Below are positions 9,507 to 17,906 of a stretch of DNA of 64,000 bases, in pieces; the first letter of the stretch is position 1; each line of letters starts with the position of its first letter. Below the pieces are notes generated by a model. That model was not told the origin of the DNA. It saw only the letters and a program-made list of their open reading frames with translations, and did not search any database. The position numbers and the translations under genes were made by a program. This DNA comes from an uncultured Omnitrophica bacterium (GTDB lineage: Bacteria > Omnitrophota > Gorgyraeia > JACQQV01). The stretch is from the NCBI GenBank assembly GCA_947085655.1, contig CAMTXH010000010.1, positions 82,015-146,014 on the forward strand. Reading direction: 5' to 3'.

Positions 9507-10542
9507 CAACAGGGCCGACCTCGCCGTTGAAAGAAACAATTTCGTTGTGCATCTCTGAAAAATGGCATCCTTTGCAAATGTCCAGCGTTCCGGACCAAAC
9601 CTGTTTTCTGTATTCTTGATACGCCTGACTCCTCCAGATTTCACTCAAAGGTTTTTCGAATATATTGCCGATCACATGGCGCCCGTTAAAATCGAGACAG
9701 CAGAGAATCGCTTCGCCGGTCCAGAGAATCACCATCCGATCCAACGGAAAGGGACATACAAAAGCAGGGTCTTTGATAAAACGGACGCGTCCGTCCTGAA
9801 GGTCATAGCGCCGGAATCGAGGCGTTGTCGGCAAAAATTCCTCGGCGTAACGTCCCTTTTCTTCTTCGGTCAGCCAACTTCCCATATTGAGATTCATCGA
9901 TTTCAGAATCATGCGGTCGGCGCCTATTTCCCTTGCCGTACCGATCAATTCCGGAATCTGGTCTTCATTGTACCGCGTGACAATGGTTTGGAGGGATACC
10001 ACAGGCGATTTCGATTTCCTTTTTCTCTTCTCGTCGCATAGAAGTCTTGCGCCTTTCAGGACCTTCTCAAGGTCTGACCCCACACGGTAGCGACCATGCG
10101 CTTCTTGGTTGGCACCGTCCACTTCAATCGTGATGTATTGGAGCCGGGAATCCAGGATGTCGCCGATATACCGCTCCAATAGAACGGCGTTCGTATCGAC
10201 GGTTGATGGAATTCCCCGCTGCCAGGCCCGATAGGCCATTTGATAAAGCATCGGGTTCACCAAGGGCTCTCCCGAAAAAGCAAAGTTCATCAGTTTCGGT
10301 TTCCAATCAATCCGGTCCAGGATCTTCTGAAACGTCTCTATGTTCATGATGCCTTTTGCCCTCTCCATCTTATGGGGCGTGGGACAGAGGGGACATTTGA
10401 TATTACACGTATTCGTCGGTTCGACAACGAGATAACGCGGCAGATGAAAATTCACCAGCTGGGGAAAACGGATGAGGAAAAATTTGGCGGTCCCCCGGAC
10501 CAAGGGGGATGACCACATCCTGTTCAAAATGGCTTTCTTCAT
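9496..10542 (-). CDS. radical SAM protein with C-terminal SPASM/twitch-like Cys cluster
   Basis: CNIKCPLC (CxxxCxxC) near N-terminus; C-terminal CPFPLDRMVILWTGEAILCCLDFNG...CKGCH auxiliary cluster cysteines. Confidence 0.7.
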   Translation of the reverse strand: MKKAILNRMWSSPLVRGTAKFFLIRFPQLVNFHLPRYLVVEPTNTCNIKCPLCPTPHKMERAKGIMNIETFQKILDRIDWKPKLMNFAFSGEPLVNPMLYQMAYRAWQRGIPSTVDTNAVLLERYIGDILDSRLQYITIEVDGANQEAHGRYRVGSDLEKVLKGARLLCDEKRKRKSKSPVVSLQTIVTRYNEDQIPELIGTAREIGADRMILKSMNLNMGSWLTEEEKGRYAEEFLPTTPRFRRYDLQDGRVRFIKDPAFVCPFPLDRMVILWTGEAILCCLDFNGRHVIGNIFEKPLSEIWRSQAYQEYRKQVWSGTLDICKGCHFSEMHNEIVSFNGEVGPVDDT

Positions 10543-12062
10543 CAGAATACCCCTGGATTCACCGGAAAGGCGCGCTGAAGGAGTTTCCTCTCTTCGGCAT
10601 CAAACACCTTTCTGAAGTAAGAGAGGCATAAAAAGACTGCACCCCCGAGAAAAGCCAGCGCAACAATCATGGTCAAGGAAGTCGCGGTCCCGCTCAAAAG
10701 AAAAACAACGCCTCCTGCAAGAGAAGCATGAAGAGCAATCTGGACCAGAGAAAGCCAGGGAGTCTCTAACGAAACGATCTGCTTTGTCATCATATAGTGA
10801 AGAAAAAAGGCGAGGACGGGACTGACACCGCTTGCGATAGCCGTCCCGATCATCCCCCACTTTTTCGTTAGAAACCAGGCAGAAATCAACCAAAATGTTA
10901 CGGCGGGCAAGGATCCTTTTACGATGATAATCGGTTTCTTGAGCGTCCAGATAAAAGTTGCAAGCGGTGCGGCCACAGCCTTAATCAGTCCGAAGAAAGC
11001 AAGGGTCCAGAAGGCAGGCAGAGCGGCCAGATAGTCGGCCTTGAAAAAGCGCTTGATGACCGCGGGCATGAGGACCGCTGAGATCATAATAAAGGGAAAG
11101 AGAATAAAGGCCTGAATTTTACAGTTGATGCGATACAGAAATTTTTGTTCGTCCAAATCCTTTGTCTTGGCGTATTGCCTCAGAAAAAGAGGCGTAATAA
11201 CCGATTTCAGCACGAGTGCCGGAGAAAAAGTGACGAGTGCATTGGCAAGTTGCGCGGCAAAGGCGTACCACCCGGTCGCCGTCGCGCTCAGGAAATGGCT
11301 GACCATGTACAAATCGACGCGGGTGTCCAGAAGGAAATGAAGGAAATTATCGATATGAAGCGCTGCGCCAAACCGGAAAATCTCTCCCTTCCCTCCCTTT
11401 GCCTCCTCCCCTTTGGTCTCACGTTTTCCGAAGAGTAGCGGAAGAACCCTTACCAGATAAACAACCAAAAGAAGCGTTTCTGTTACGATCCACGCGGTGA
11501 AAAGCTTCTCCAAAGCCGCTGACCGGCTGAGAAGCCAGGCAAAAAGAAGGAGTTTGAGTGTCAACGCCGTCACCGTCCCTGTGACCACGTATTTCCGCAG
11601 CAAAAAAGCATTCAAGGTGTTCTCAACGAGCAGGATCGATACCCTAAGGAAACAAAAAATCAAGAGAAACGGCACGAAACGCATCAGTTCGTCATTCCTG
11701 ACCCATTGCGCCAAAATCCTGCTCAAGGGATGAATGACCGGGATGAGCAACACAAAACTTAGAAAGAGGATTGCGTAACAACGTTTGAGGAGCCACCGGC
11801 TCCTCCCCCACTCCTGTTTTTCGACATATTCGGAAACGAAACGCGTCACGACATAAGGCATGCCCCAACTCAACGCAAGCGCAAAGAAAATAAGGGTAGT
11901 GACAACAAGACTGTAAAGTCCAAAGTCTTGAACGGACAAATGTCGGACAAGCAACACCAGGATCAGAAGCGAAAGGAGAGACGAAAAGAAGGTTCCGACA
12001 TAATTGTAGATGGCCCCTTTCAGTGCAAATTGCGGAAATGTGGTCTTTAACCCTTCCTTCAT
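10542..12062 (-). CDS. wzx: Wzx-type polysaccharide flippase (MOP superfamily, polysaccharide biosynthesis protein)
   Basis: 506 aa, about 12-14 hydrophobic segments, typical RfbX/Wzx architecture; location between glycosyltransferases. Confidence 0.7.
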   Translation of the reverse strand: MKEGLKTTFPQFALKGAIYNYVGTFFSSLLSLLILVLLVRHLSVQDFGLYSLVVTTLIFFALALSWGMPYVVTRFVSEYVEKQEWGRSRWLLKRCYAILFLSFVLLIPVIHPLSRILAQWVRNDELMRFVPFLLIFCFLRVSILLVENTLNAFLLRKYVVTGTVTALTLKLLLFAWLLSRSAALEKLFTAWIVTETLLLVVYLVRVLPLLFGKRETKGEEAKGGKGEIFRFGAALHIDNFLHFLLDTRVDLYMVSHFLSATATGWYAFAAQLANALVTFSPALVLKSVITPLFLRQYAKTKDLDEQKFLYRINCKIQAFILFPFIMISAVLMPAVIKRFFKADYLAALPAFWTLAFFGLIKAVAAPLATFIWTLKKPIIIVKGSLPAVTFWLISAWFLTKKWGMIGTAIASGVSPVLAFFLHYMMTKQIVSLETPWLSLVQIALHASLAGGVVFLLSGTATSLTMIVALAFLGGAVFLCLSYFRKVFDAEERKLLQRAFPVNPGVF

Positions 12063-13201
12063 TCCCCCCTCACTGTCGTGGATACCTCCGGTATAGAAAC
12101 GATCTCTTCGGATTTGACACAGCGCGGTTCCACGGAAAAGTTTCTGACAACACTGGCAAGGCGATCCCGATAGATGTGGGAAGTATAACGTTCCTCGATG
12201 GTTCTTCTACCTGCCTCTCCAAACCGCTTCCTGAGAGAGGGGTCCTCAAGCAATAGGGATAATTTTTGAACCCATTCTGCCTCCGTGGAAGCCAGAAATC
12301 CGTTGACGCCGTCCTGAACCACCTCGCCGTTCATTCCGATGGGCGAGGCGATCACCGGGACTCCCGCCGTCATATATTGAATCGTCTTGAAAGCCGCTTT
12401 GCCGCGGGCCCAGGGATCGTCCGGCAGCGGATGGACCCCGATATCCAGACCCAGAAAACAGTGCCATTCTTCCGTCAACGACCACTCACGGTTTTCCACC
12501 CACACCCCCGGAATCTCGAATGCCCTGGAAGCCCCGACGACTCTCAGCACAAAGGGATGCTTCTGCGCCAATGTTTGGAAGACCGGCAGGATCCGCTCAA
12601 GATACCCGGAGGTGGAGGGGGTCCCGATCCAGCCGATCACCGGTGGTCCCTCCTGTTCCCTCTCCCGCCTCATCCGAAGGTACTCCGGATCTACCACGGT
12701 CGGAATCACCCACACCCTCTCATGGTACCGCCTGACATATACCGCGAGCGTGTGGTTGGCTACGAGGACAGCCCGGCTTATGCGAATCGTCTGACCCACC
12801 TTCCAGGAACATTTCAAAAAACGCCACGCGGGGCTCAACCGGCTGGTGTCCGATAAAAAGATGGCGTCGTCAAAATCAAAGATCACCGGCTTCCCCATCA
12901 ACCAGCAGCACCACTCAAAGAGGGGAGGTCCCACCGGCGCTGCCTCCCGGTGAATGAAAATGACATCCGAACGAAATGCCCAAAAAAGGTCTCCTGTCCG
13001 CTTCAGGCAGGCGCCGAGAAAATAAAATGCTTTTTTGAGAAGTTGGCCCCTTCGGTGGAGAAGCCGGTAAAATGCCCGTGTCATAAAGGGGCGTATCTGG
13101 CACCGGATGCCCTGTTCTTCCAGATAGGGCAAATATTGCTCTACCCTGTAGCGATTACTCGCGCCTTCGGTCGGATAAGGCACAATAAAAAGAACTTTCA
13201 T
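12059..13201 (-). CDS. GT4 (group 1) glycosyltransferase
   Basis: ORF trimmed to MKVLFIVPYP (ATGA overlap 13198-13201); C-terminal AGVPVIASPIGMNGEVVQDGVNGFL EX7E-type motif. Confidence 0.75.
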   Translation of the reverse strand: MKVLFIVPYPTEGASNRYRVEQYLPYLEEQGIRCQIRPFMTRAFYRLLHRRGQLLKKAFYFLGACLKRTGDLFWAFRSDVIFIHREAAPVGPPLFEWCCWLMGKPVIFDFDDAIFLSDTSRLSPAWRFLKCSWKVGQTIRISRAVLVANHTLAVYVRRYHERVWVIPTVVDPEYLRMRREREQEGPPVIGWIGTPSTSGYLERILPVFQTLAQKHPFVLRVVGASRAFEIPGVWVENREWSLTEEWHCFLGLDIGVHPLPDDPWARGKAAFKTIQYMTAGVPVIASPIGMNGEVVQDGVNGFLASTEAEWVQKLSLLLEDPSLRKRFGEAGRRTIEERYTSHIYRDRLASVVRNFSVEPRCVKSEEIVSIPEVSTTVRGE

Positions 13202-14412
13202 GATTTTTCCAGGAGGGACAGATACATCTGATGGTATCTCCTCGCCCCCTCTTCCAGGGAAAGTTGTGAGGCGGCCACGCGGCGGCATCTTTCGGAAAGC
13301 TCCTTCCCCTCTCTTAAAAGCGCGGTCAGGGCATCCGCGGCACGTTGATAACTTTCCCCCGAGAAATCGGAAACGACGACGCCTACACTGTTTTCCCGAA
13401 TGAGTGCTTCGGTATCCCCCACATCCGCATTCAGGACTACGGGAAGCCCCGCAGCAAGGTATTCACCCACCTTGGTGGGGCTGGAGGCCATTTTTGAGAA
13501 GACCGGTTTGATAAACGAAATCCCCGCCTGGGCCGATAAGAGCGTTTTGGGGACGTCTTCGTAGGAACTTTGCCGGATGATGAGCCCGTTTCCTGAATGG
13601 CGGCGGAGTCTCTCCCACAATTTTCGGTCACCGGTTTGGGTTAAAATCTGAAATGAGGCATTCGGAATCCTCGTCTTCAAAACCCGATAAAAATCAAGCA
13701 TCGGTTCCAGAAGATACCACGTACCGAGTGACCCCACATACACCAGAACAACCCCTTCCTGAACCGCAGACACCCTTGCCGGGCCTGCTTCCTCAAATCG
13801 CCTCACATCCACGCAGCAAGGAATCACGGCGACCGGCACCTGGTCACGAGTGGCCCTTTTCTGTTTGAGGTAGGCGGCGGCGCGATGGGTGAGCACAACC
13901 ACGCCATCCGCCGACTTCAAAAAGCGCTGCTCGAGGGCGGAGACAAGTCTGTACATCACTCCATGGCGCTTCCAAATTCCGCCATCCGCATATTCCTCCG
14001 CCAGAAAACCCCTCACATCAAATAAAAAGGGTCTTTTTTGCAGCCGTGAAATCATCCATCCGATACTGGCCGGAATGGTCCCCCGCGCATGGATCATCTC
14101 CACGGCATGCCTTTGCGCCAAACGCCGAGCCACCGCAAAACCGGTTACAAGATCCATCGATGTCGACAAAAGAGGGGGAAATTTATGGTACCGGCACCAG
14201 GTCCATCGGATGCCCCCTTCTGCGAGCTCCTCACGGAAACGACGCATCCCGGATTTCCCCAACCGCACGCAGTCTTCCTTTTTCTCAAAGGTCAAGAGGA
14301 TGATCTCAATCCCCTTTTGTGCAAGTCTCCTCAGGTACGGCAAACCCTGCGACTTAAAAATCGGCTCAAGCGCCCCGTTGTAAGAGAGAAATAAAACGCG
14401 TTTAACTGTCAT
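13198..14412 (-). CDS. GT4 (group 1) glycosyltransferase
   Basis: ORF trimmed to MTVKRVLFLSYNG (ATG 14410-14412 after upstream stop); C-terminal GEYLAAGLPVVLNADVGDTEALIRENSVGVVV. Confidence 0.7.
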   Translation of the reverse strand: MTVKRVLFLSYNGALEPIFKSQGLPYLRRLAQKGIEIILLTFEKKEDCVRLGKSGMRRFREELAEGGIRWTWCRYHKFPPLLSTSMDLVTGFAVARRLAQRHAVEMIHARGTIPASIGWMISRLQKRPFLFDVRGFLAEEYADGGIWKRHGVMYRLVSALEQRFLKSADGVVVLTHRAAAYLKQKRATRDQVPVAVIPCCVDVRRFEEAGPARVSAVQEGVVLVYVGSLGTWYLLEPMLDFYRVLKTRIPNASFQILTQTGDRKLWERLRRHSGNGLIIRQSSYEDVPKTLLSAQAGISFIKPVFSKMASSPTKVGEYLAAGLPVVLNADVGDTEALIRENSVGVVVSDFSGESYQRAADALTALLREGKELSERCRRVAASQLSLEEGARRYHQMYLSLLEKS

Positions 14413-15853
14413 GGCGCCGAACCTCCCAAAGCGGACCCTGAGGAATAAGGGTAAAACGTTTCTCCAATTCGCGAATGCTATAGTAATTTTCCTCGTTATC
14501 CGCAAGATAAACCGGACGGCGTCCGGTTTCCCTTTCAATCAACCGGTAAAGCTCCTCCCTTTTTTCGGGGAAAAAGACATACCGGTCAATCGTGGCGTCA
14601 ATGGAGACGTCCGGCCGCAGGCCTTCTATCTCTTGGTAATAGAGGAGAACCATCATCGGCGTAAAATCGCCGATGATTAAACTGCCCGGTTTTACGACTT
14701 CGAGAGATGCCAAACCGTACTGCCTCGGTCCGAATTCGCTGCGCTTGACGGGATTGAGGTAAAAGCGGTTATTGTCCCGGAAGGCGAGCTGCCGGCCGCG
14801 TACAAAGTCGATTTGATAACGTTTCGAAAAATGTGGCAGACTGAGGTACAATCCGACCGGCAGGATGACCAAAAGAGCCAGGGCCCCCAGCGCGAAGGAG
14901 GGATGGCTCGCTCCTTTGGATGCCATCGCTCCTCTTAGGCCAAAACCGATCCAGACCGCGAAGAGGACGTAAGTGGGAAGCATCAGAAAAAAATTTCGCT
15001 GCCGCATATAACCACAGGCAAGGAGGATATTCAGGAAAAACACCGTCAGCAAAACCCAGAAGAACTTCCCTCTTTCCCGAACCATCTTCCTGGTGCCCAG
15101 AAGACCCAATCCGAATCCAACAAAAGGAAACTGGTAAAAGAGGTAGGCGGGATAAAGACTCAGTTCCGATAACAGGTCGCCGGGCCTCAAAAACCATCTG
15201 TTCGCTCCCAAGTCCAAAGGGGCGTTCCTGAACGCCAAAATCAGCATCGGAGAACATCCGAGGAGAAAACAAACAATGCCCAACAGACCCCGGTCGCTCA
15301 AAAGCCACCGCCTCCCCCGTTCCAGAAGCAGGAGATAGAAAAAGGTTGCGATAATCATCAATCCGGACAAGAGGTTATTGAGAAGGGCCACCCCCATCAG
15401 AAAAAAATGCAGGATAAGATAGACGTCTTTTCTTTTCTCCTCCCATGTCAACAGGAGGAAAAAGCCGGTTGTAAAAAAAAAGATGCAAAGTGAATAAGAC
15501 TCGTTGATCACCGAGGCCAGCCAGAAGGTGTGCGAAAGCCCCAGACAGACCGTCGCCAAAAACGCCGCGGCTTCGTGCTGCAGAAGCCGGCGCATCGCCA
15601 GGTAAAAGAACCAGAGGGCCAAAATCCCAAAAAAGGCGGACATGAGGTTTTGCCTGTAGGCAAAGTCGCCGAAGGGCAACCAACTGAAGAGTTTCCCGAT
15701 GAGCGTGTGAAGCATATGGTTCCCTACCGGATCAAACACGATGGTCATTTCCTTGACATAGATCGCCAGTTTTGCTGAATCCCCCCAGAGAACGGTCGGG
15801 GCGAGGGTGTACCAATACAGGACGGCGAAAACGCTGACCGCTAAAAGTCCCAT
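14402..15853 (-). CDS. GT-C fold membrane glycosyltransferase, DUF2723/TMEM260-like
   Basis: N-terminal YWYTLAPTVLWGDSAKL motif resembling DUF2723 start, multi-TM N-half plus soluble C-terminal domain; immediately downstream of a DPM1-like GT2. Confidence 0.45.
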   Translation of the reverse strand: MGLLAVSVFAVLYWYTLAPTVLWGDSAKLAIYVKEMTIVFDPVGNHMLHTLIGKLFSWLPFGDFAYRQNLMSAFFGILALWFFYLAMRRLLQHEAAAFLATVCLGLSHTFWLASVINESYSLCIFFFTTGFFLLLTWEEKRKDVYLILHFFLMGVALLNNLLSGLMIIATFFYLLLLERGRRWLLSDRGLLGIVCFLLGCSPMLILAFRNAPLDLGANRWFLRPGDLLSELSLYPAYLFYQFPFVGFGLGLLGTRKMVRERGKFFWVLLTVFFLNILLACGYMRQRNFFLMLPTYVLFAVWIGFGLRGAMASKGASHPSFALGALALLVILPVGLYLSLPHFSKRYQIDFVRGRQLAFRDNNRFYLNPVKRSEFGPRQYGLASLEVVKPGSLIIGDFTPMMVLLYYQEIEGLRPDVSIDATIDRYVFFPEKREELYRLIERETGRRPVYLADNEENYYSIRELEKRFTLIPQGPLWEVRRHDS

Positions 15854-16548
15854 CAGTCGACAAACCTGTATTTCAGAAGAGCCCAGAGCGCCAAAAAGCC
15901 GTCGGTCCAGTGAATCTTTTTCCCTTCAGCATAGGTCCTGCCGTAATAGGAAATGGGAATTTCATACACCCGCCACTTGCGCTTAAAAATTTTTGCTGTG
16001 AGCTCCGGCTCGATCCGAAAATCGCTCGAACGGAGCGTCATCCCCTGAATCACCTCCCGGCGAAACACTTTATATCCCGTCTCCATGTCACTGAGGGTCG
16101 TGTTGTAGAGAAAACCGGTCACGAAGGTGAGAAAATTGTTTCCCAGTTTATGCCAAAAGAGATAAACGCGCTGTGGTTTGGCGGCGGAAAGCCGGGAGCC
16201 GTACACCACATCGGCAACCCCTTGTTGAATCGGTTCAATCAGTTCGGGGTACTCCGAAGGATCGTACTCCAAATCGGCATCCTGGGTCAGAATAATCTCT
16301 CCCGTTGCATGTCTGAAACCTGTCCGAAGGGCCGCTCCCTTTCCGAGGTTTTTCTCATGGTAAAACACCTTCACCCCCTCATCCCCCAAAGACGCTTCTA
16401 TCGCCTTCAGTCTGCGGCGGGTCTCCTCGGAAGAGCCGTCGTCTACAATGAGAATCTCCTTCTCCAAAGGCACTTCCCTCACTCTCCGAACGATCTCCTC
16501 GACCGTGTCGGTTTCATTGAAAACAGGCATGATCACCGAAATCTTCAT
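15853..16548 (-). CDS. GT2 polyprenyl-phosphate sugar synthase (DPM1/GtrB-like, soluble 231 aa)
   Basis: ISVIMPVFNE...LIVDDGSSEET...TQDADLEYDP signature of dolichyl/undecaprenyl-phosphate glycosyltransferases. Confidence 0.8.
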   Translation of the reverse strand: MKISVIMPVFNETDTVEEIVRRVREVPLEKEILIVDDGSSEETRRRLKAIEASLGDEGVKVFYHEKNLGKGAALRTGFRHATGEIILTQDADLEYDPSEYPELIEPIQQGVADVVYGSRLSAAKPQRVYLFWHKLGNNFLTFVTGFLYNTTLSDMETGYKVFRREVIQGMTLRSSDFRIEPELTAKIFKRKWRVYEIPISYYGRTYAEGKKIHWTDGFLALWALLKYRFVD

Positions 16549-17906
16549 AGAGGAACCTCTTGGACGTCCTGGCTGGATTTCTCCGCATGGGACAACCCGA
16601 CCGCAAGAAAGATCAGGGCGTAATAGAGCGTCATGGCACGGTGCCGGAACAACGTCCCAAGATTCGAGTCGATAAGGCCCATGAACAAAGAGAAGCCTAT
16701 AAAAATGAAGAGCATCAAATGGGTTTCTCTGCGCGCGTAGTGCAACGCCTGACGCATTCCCTGGATGATAAACGGAACGCAGAAGTAGAGGACGGAGATC
16801 TCGATGGCCCCGATGAAGAAAAAGGTGCTCCCGATCTGCCAGGGGAAGGGTGCGAAGAGGGCATAGACGATCCCAAGGGGGGCGAATAAGAGAAGGCCCC
16901 TGATGTCGGACAGACGCGACTCCTCCAAAAAGGAGGACGTTCCATAGGCCCTCACCGTCCTAAGATAATTAAACCACTCGAGCGGAGAACTCTTCTCCAC
17001 AAAAAAGGTCTTGAGCATCGTTTCCTGCGTCCCTACATGATAGACATGATATAAATAAGCAAGGGGCGCCACCGAGATAGCGACAAGGATGATGAGCAGG
17101 ATGCACAAGAATTTCATCTTTCTCCAGAGCAGGGTCGATCCTAAAAACCAAACTGTGCCAAAGAGCAGAATAAGGCCCAAGGCGGGTGCCCTCAGCAAGA
17201 AAAGCAGATACGCAAGGACCAGGCCGGCCAAGAGAGACGGCACCTTAAGGCGCTTCCGATTCTCGATCAGGCACCAGACCAGGAGGAAAACCATTATATT
17301 GACCGCAGGATCCCGAAGGTTTAGAGTCGACCAGAATAAAAGCGACGGCCAGAAGGCGGAGAAGATCAAGGCGAGACGGGCCGGTCTTGGACCGAAAAAC
17401 TTCTGTGTGAAGAGATAGACGAAAATGGCAGACCAGGTCCCGATCAAGGCATTGATAAACAAGAGGGACAATGGGCTCTTGCCGGTTACGGCGTAGAGAG
17501 CCGCATTCCAGGCTTCAAAAGGACCGGGATTGGTATCTGTCTGACTCTTAAATAACATGGACTCTTCATGGAAGACCCCCCGCTCACGCAACATCAGCAT
17601 CTGCCAGGCGTTTTCGCTGTACGCGTATCCGTCATTTGCGAAATAAAAGCCGGGCCGGAAGCCCATGTCAGCATAGGAAAGGATGTTAAAGGGCAGGATG
17701 AGACTGACGCGAAGGAGGATTGCAAGGAGGAAAATATGAATCACTTGGCCTCTTTTTTCCTGGGAGACGCCCATAGAGACGAATGCAATCCCGGCGAGGA
17801 TCCCGGCTAACAATATCAGCCAGGGGCTGATCCACCCCAACCCAAAGCCCAGCTCCGAAACCCATCCCTGCAGAGGAAAATCCCCCAACAGAAAATCTCG
17901 CATCAT
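16545..17906 (-). CDS. polytopic integral membrane protein, possible GT-C glycosyltransferase or polymerase
   Basis: 453 aa, more than 10 hydrophobic segments, no recognisable soluble domain; operon position next to GT2/GT-C pair. Confidence 0.35.
   Translation of the reverse strand: MMRDFLLGDFPLQGWVSELGFGLGWISPWLILLAGILAGIAFVSMGVSQEKRGQVIHIFLLAILLRVSLILPFNILSYADMGFRPGFYFANDGYAYSENAWQMLMLRERGVFHEESMLFKSQTDTNPGPFEAWNAALYAVTGKSPLSLLFINALIGTWSAIFVYLFTQKFFGPRPARLALIFSAFWPSLLFWSTLNLRDPAVNIMVFLLVWCLIENRKRLKVPSLLAGLVLAYLLFLLRAPALGLILLFGTVWFLGSTLLWRKMKFLCILLIILVAISVAPLAYLYHVYHVGTQETMLKTFFVEKSSPLEWFNYLRTVRAYGTSSFLEESRLSDIRGLLLFAPLGIVYALFAPFPWQIGSTFFFIGAIEISVLYFCVPFIIQGMRQALHYARRETHLMLFIFIGFSLFMGLIDSNLGTLFRHRAMTLYYALIFLAVGLSHAEKSSQDVQEVPL

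Noticed and set aside
15910-16623. 237-aa plus-strand ORF antisense to the DPM1-like GT2
   Set aside because: The minus-strand product has textbook GT2 motifs, while the plus-strand translation lacks any.
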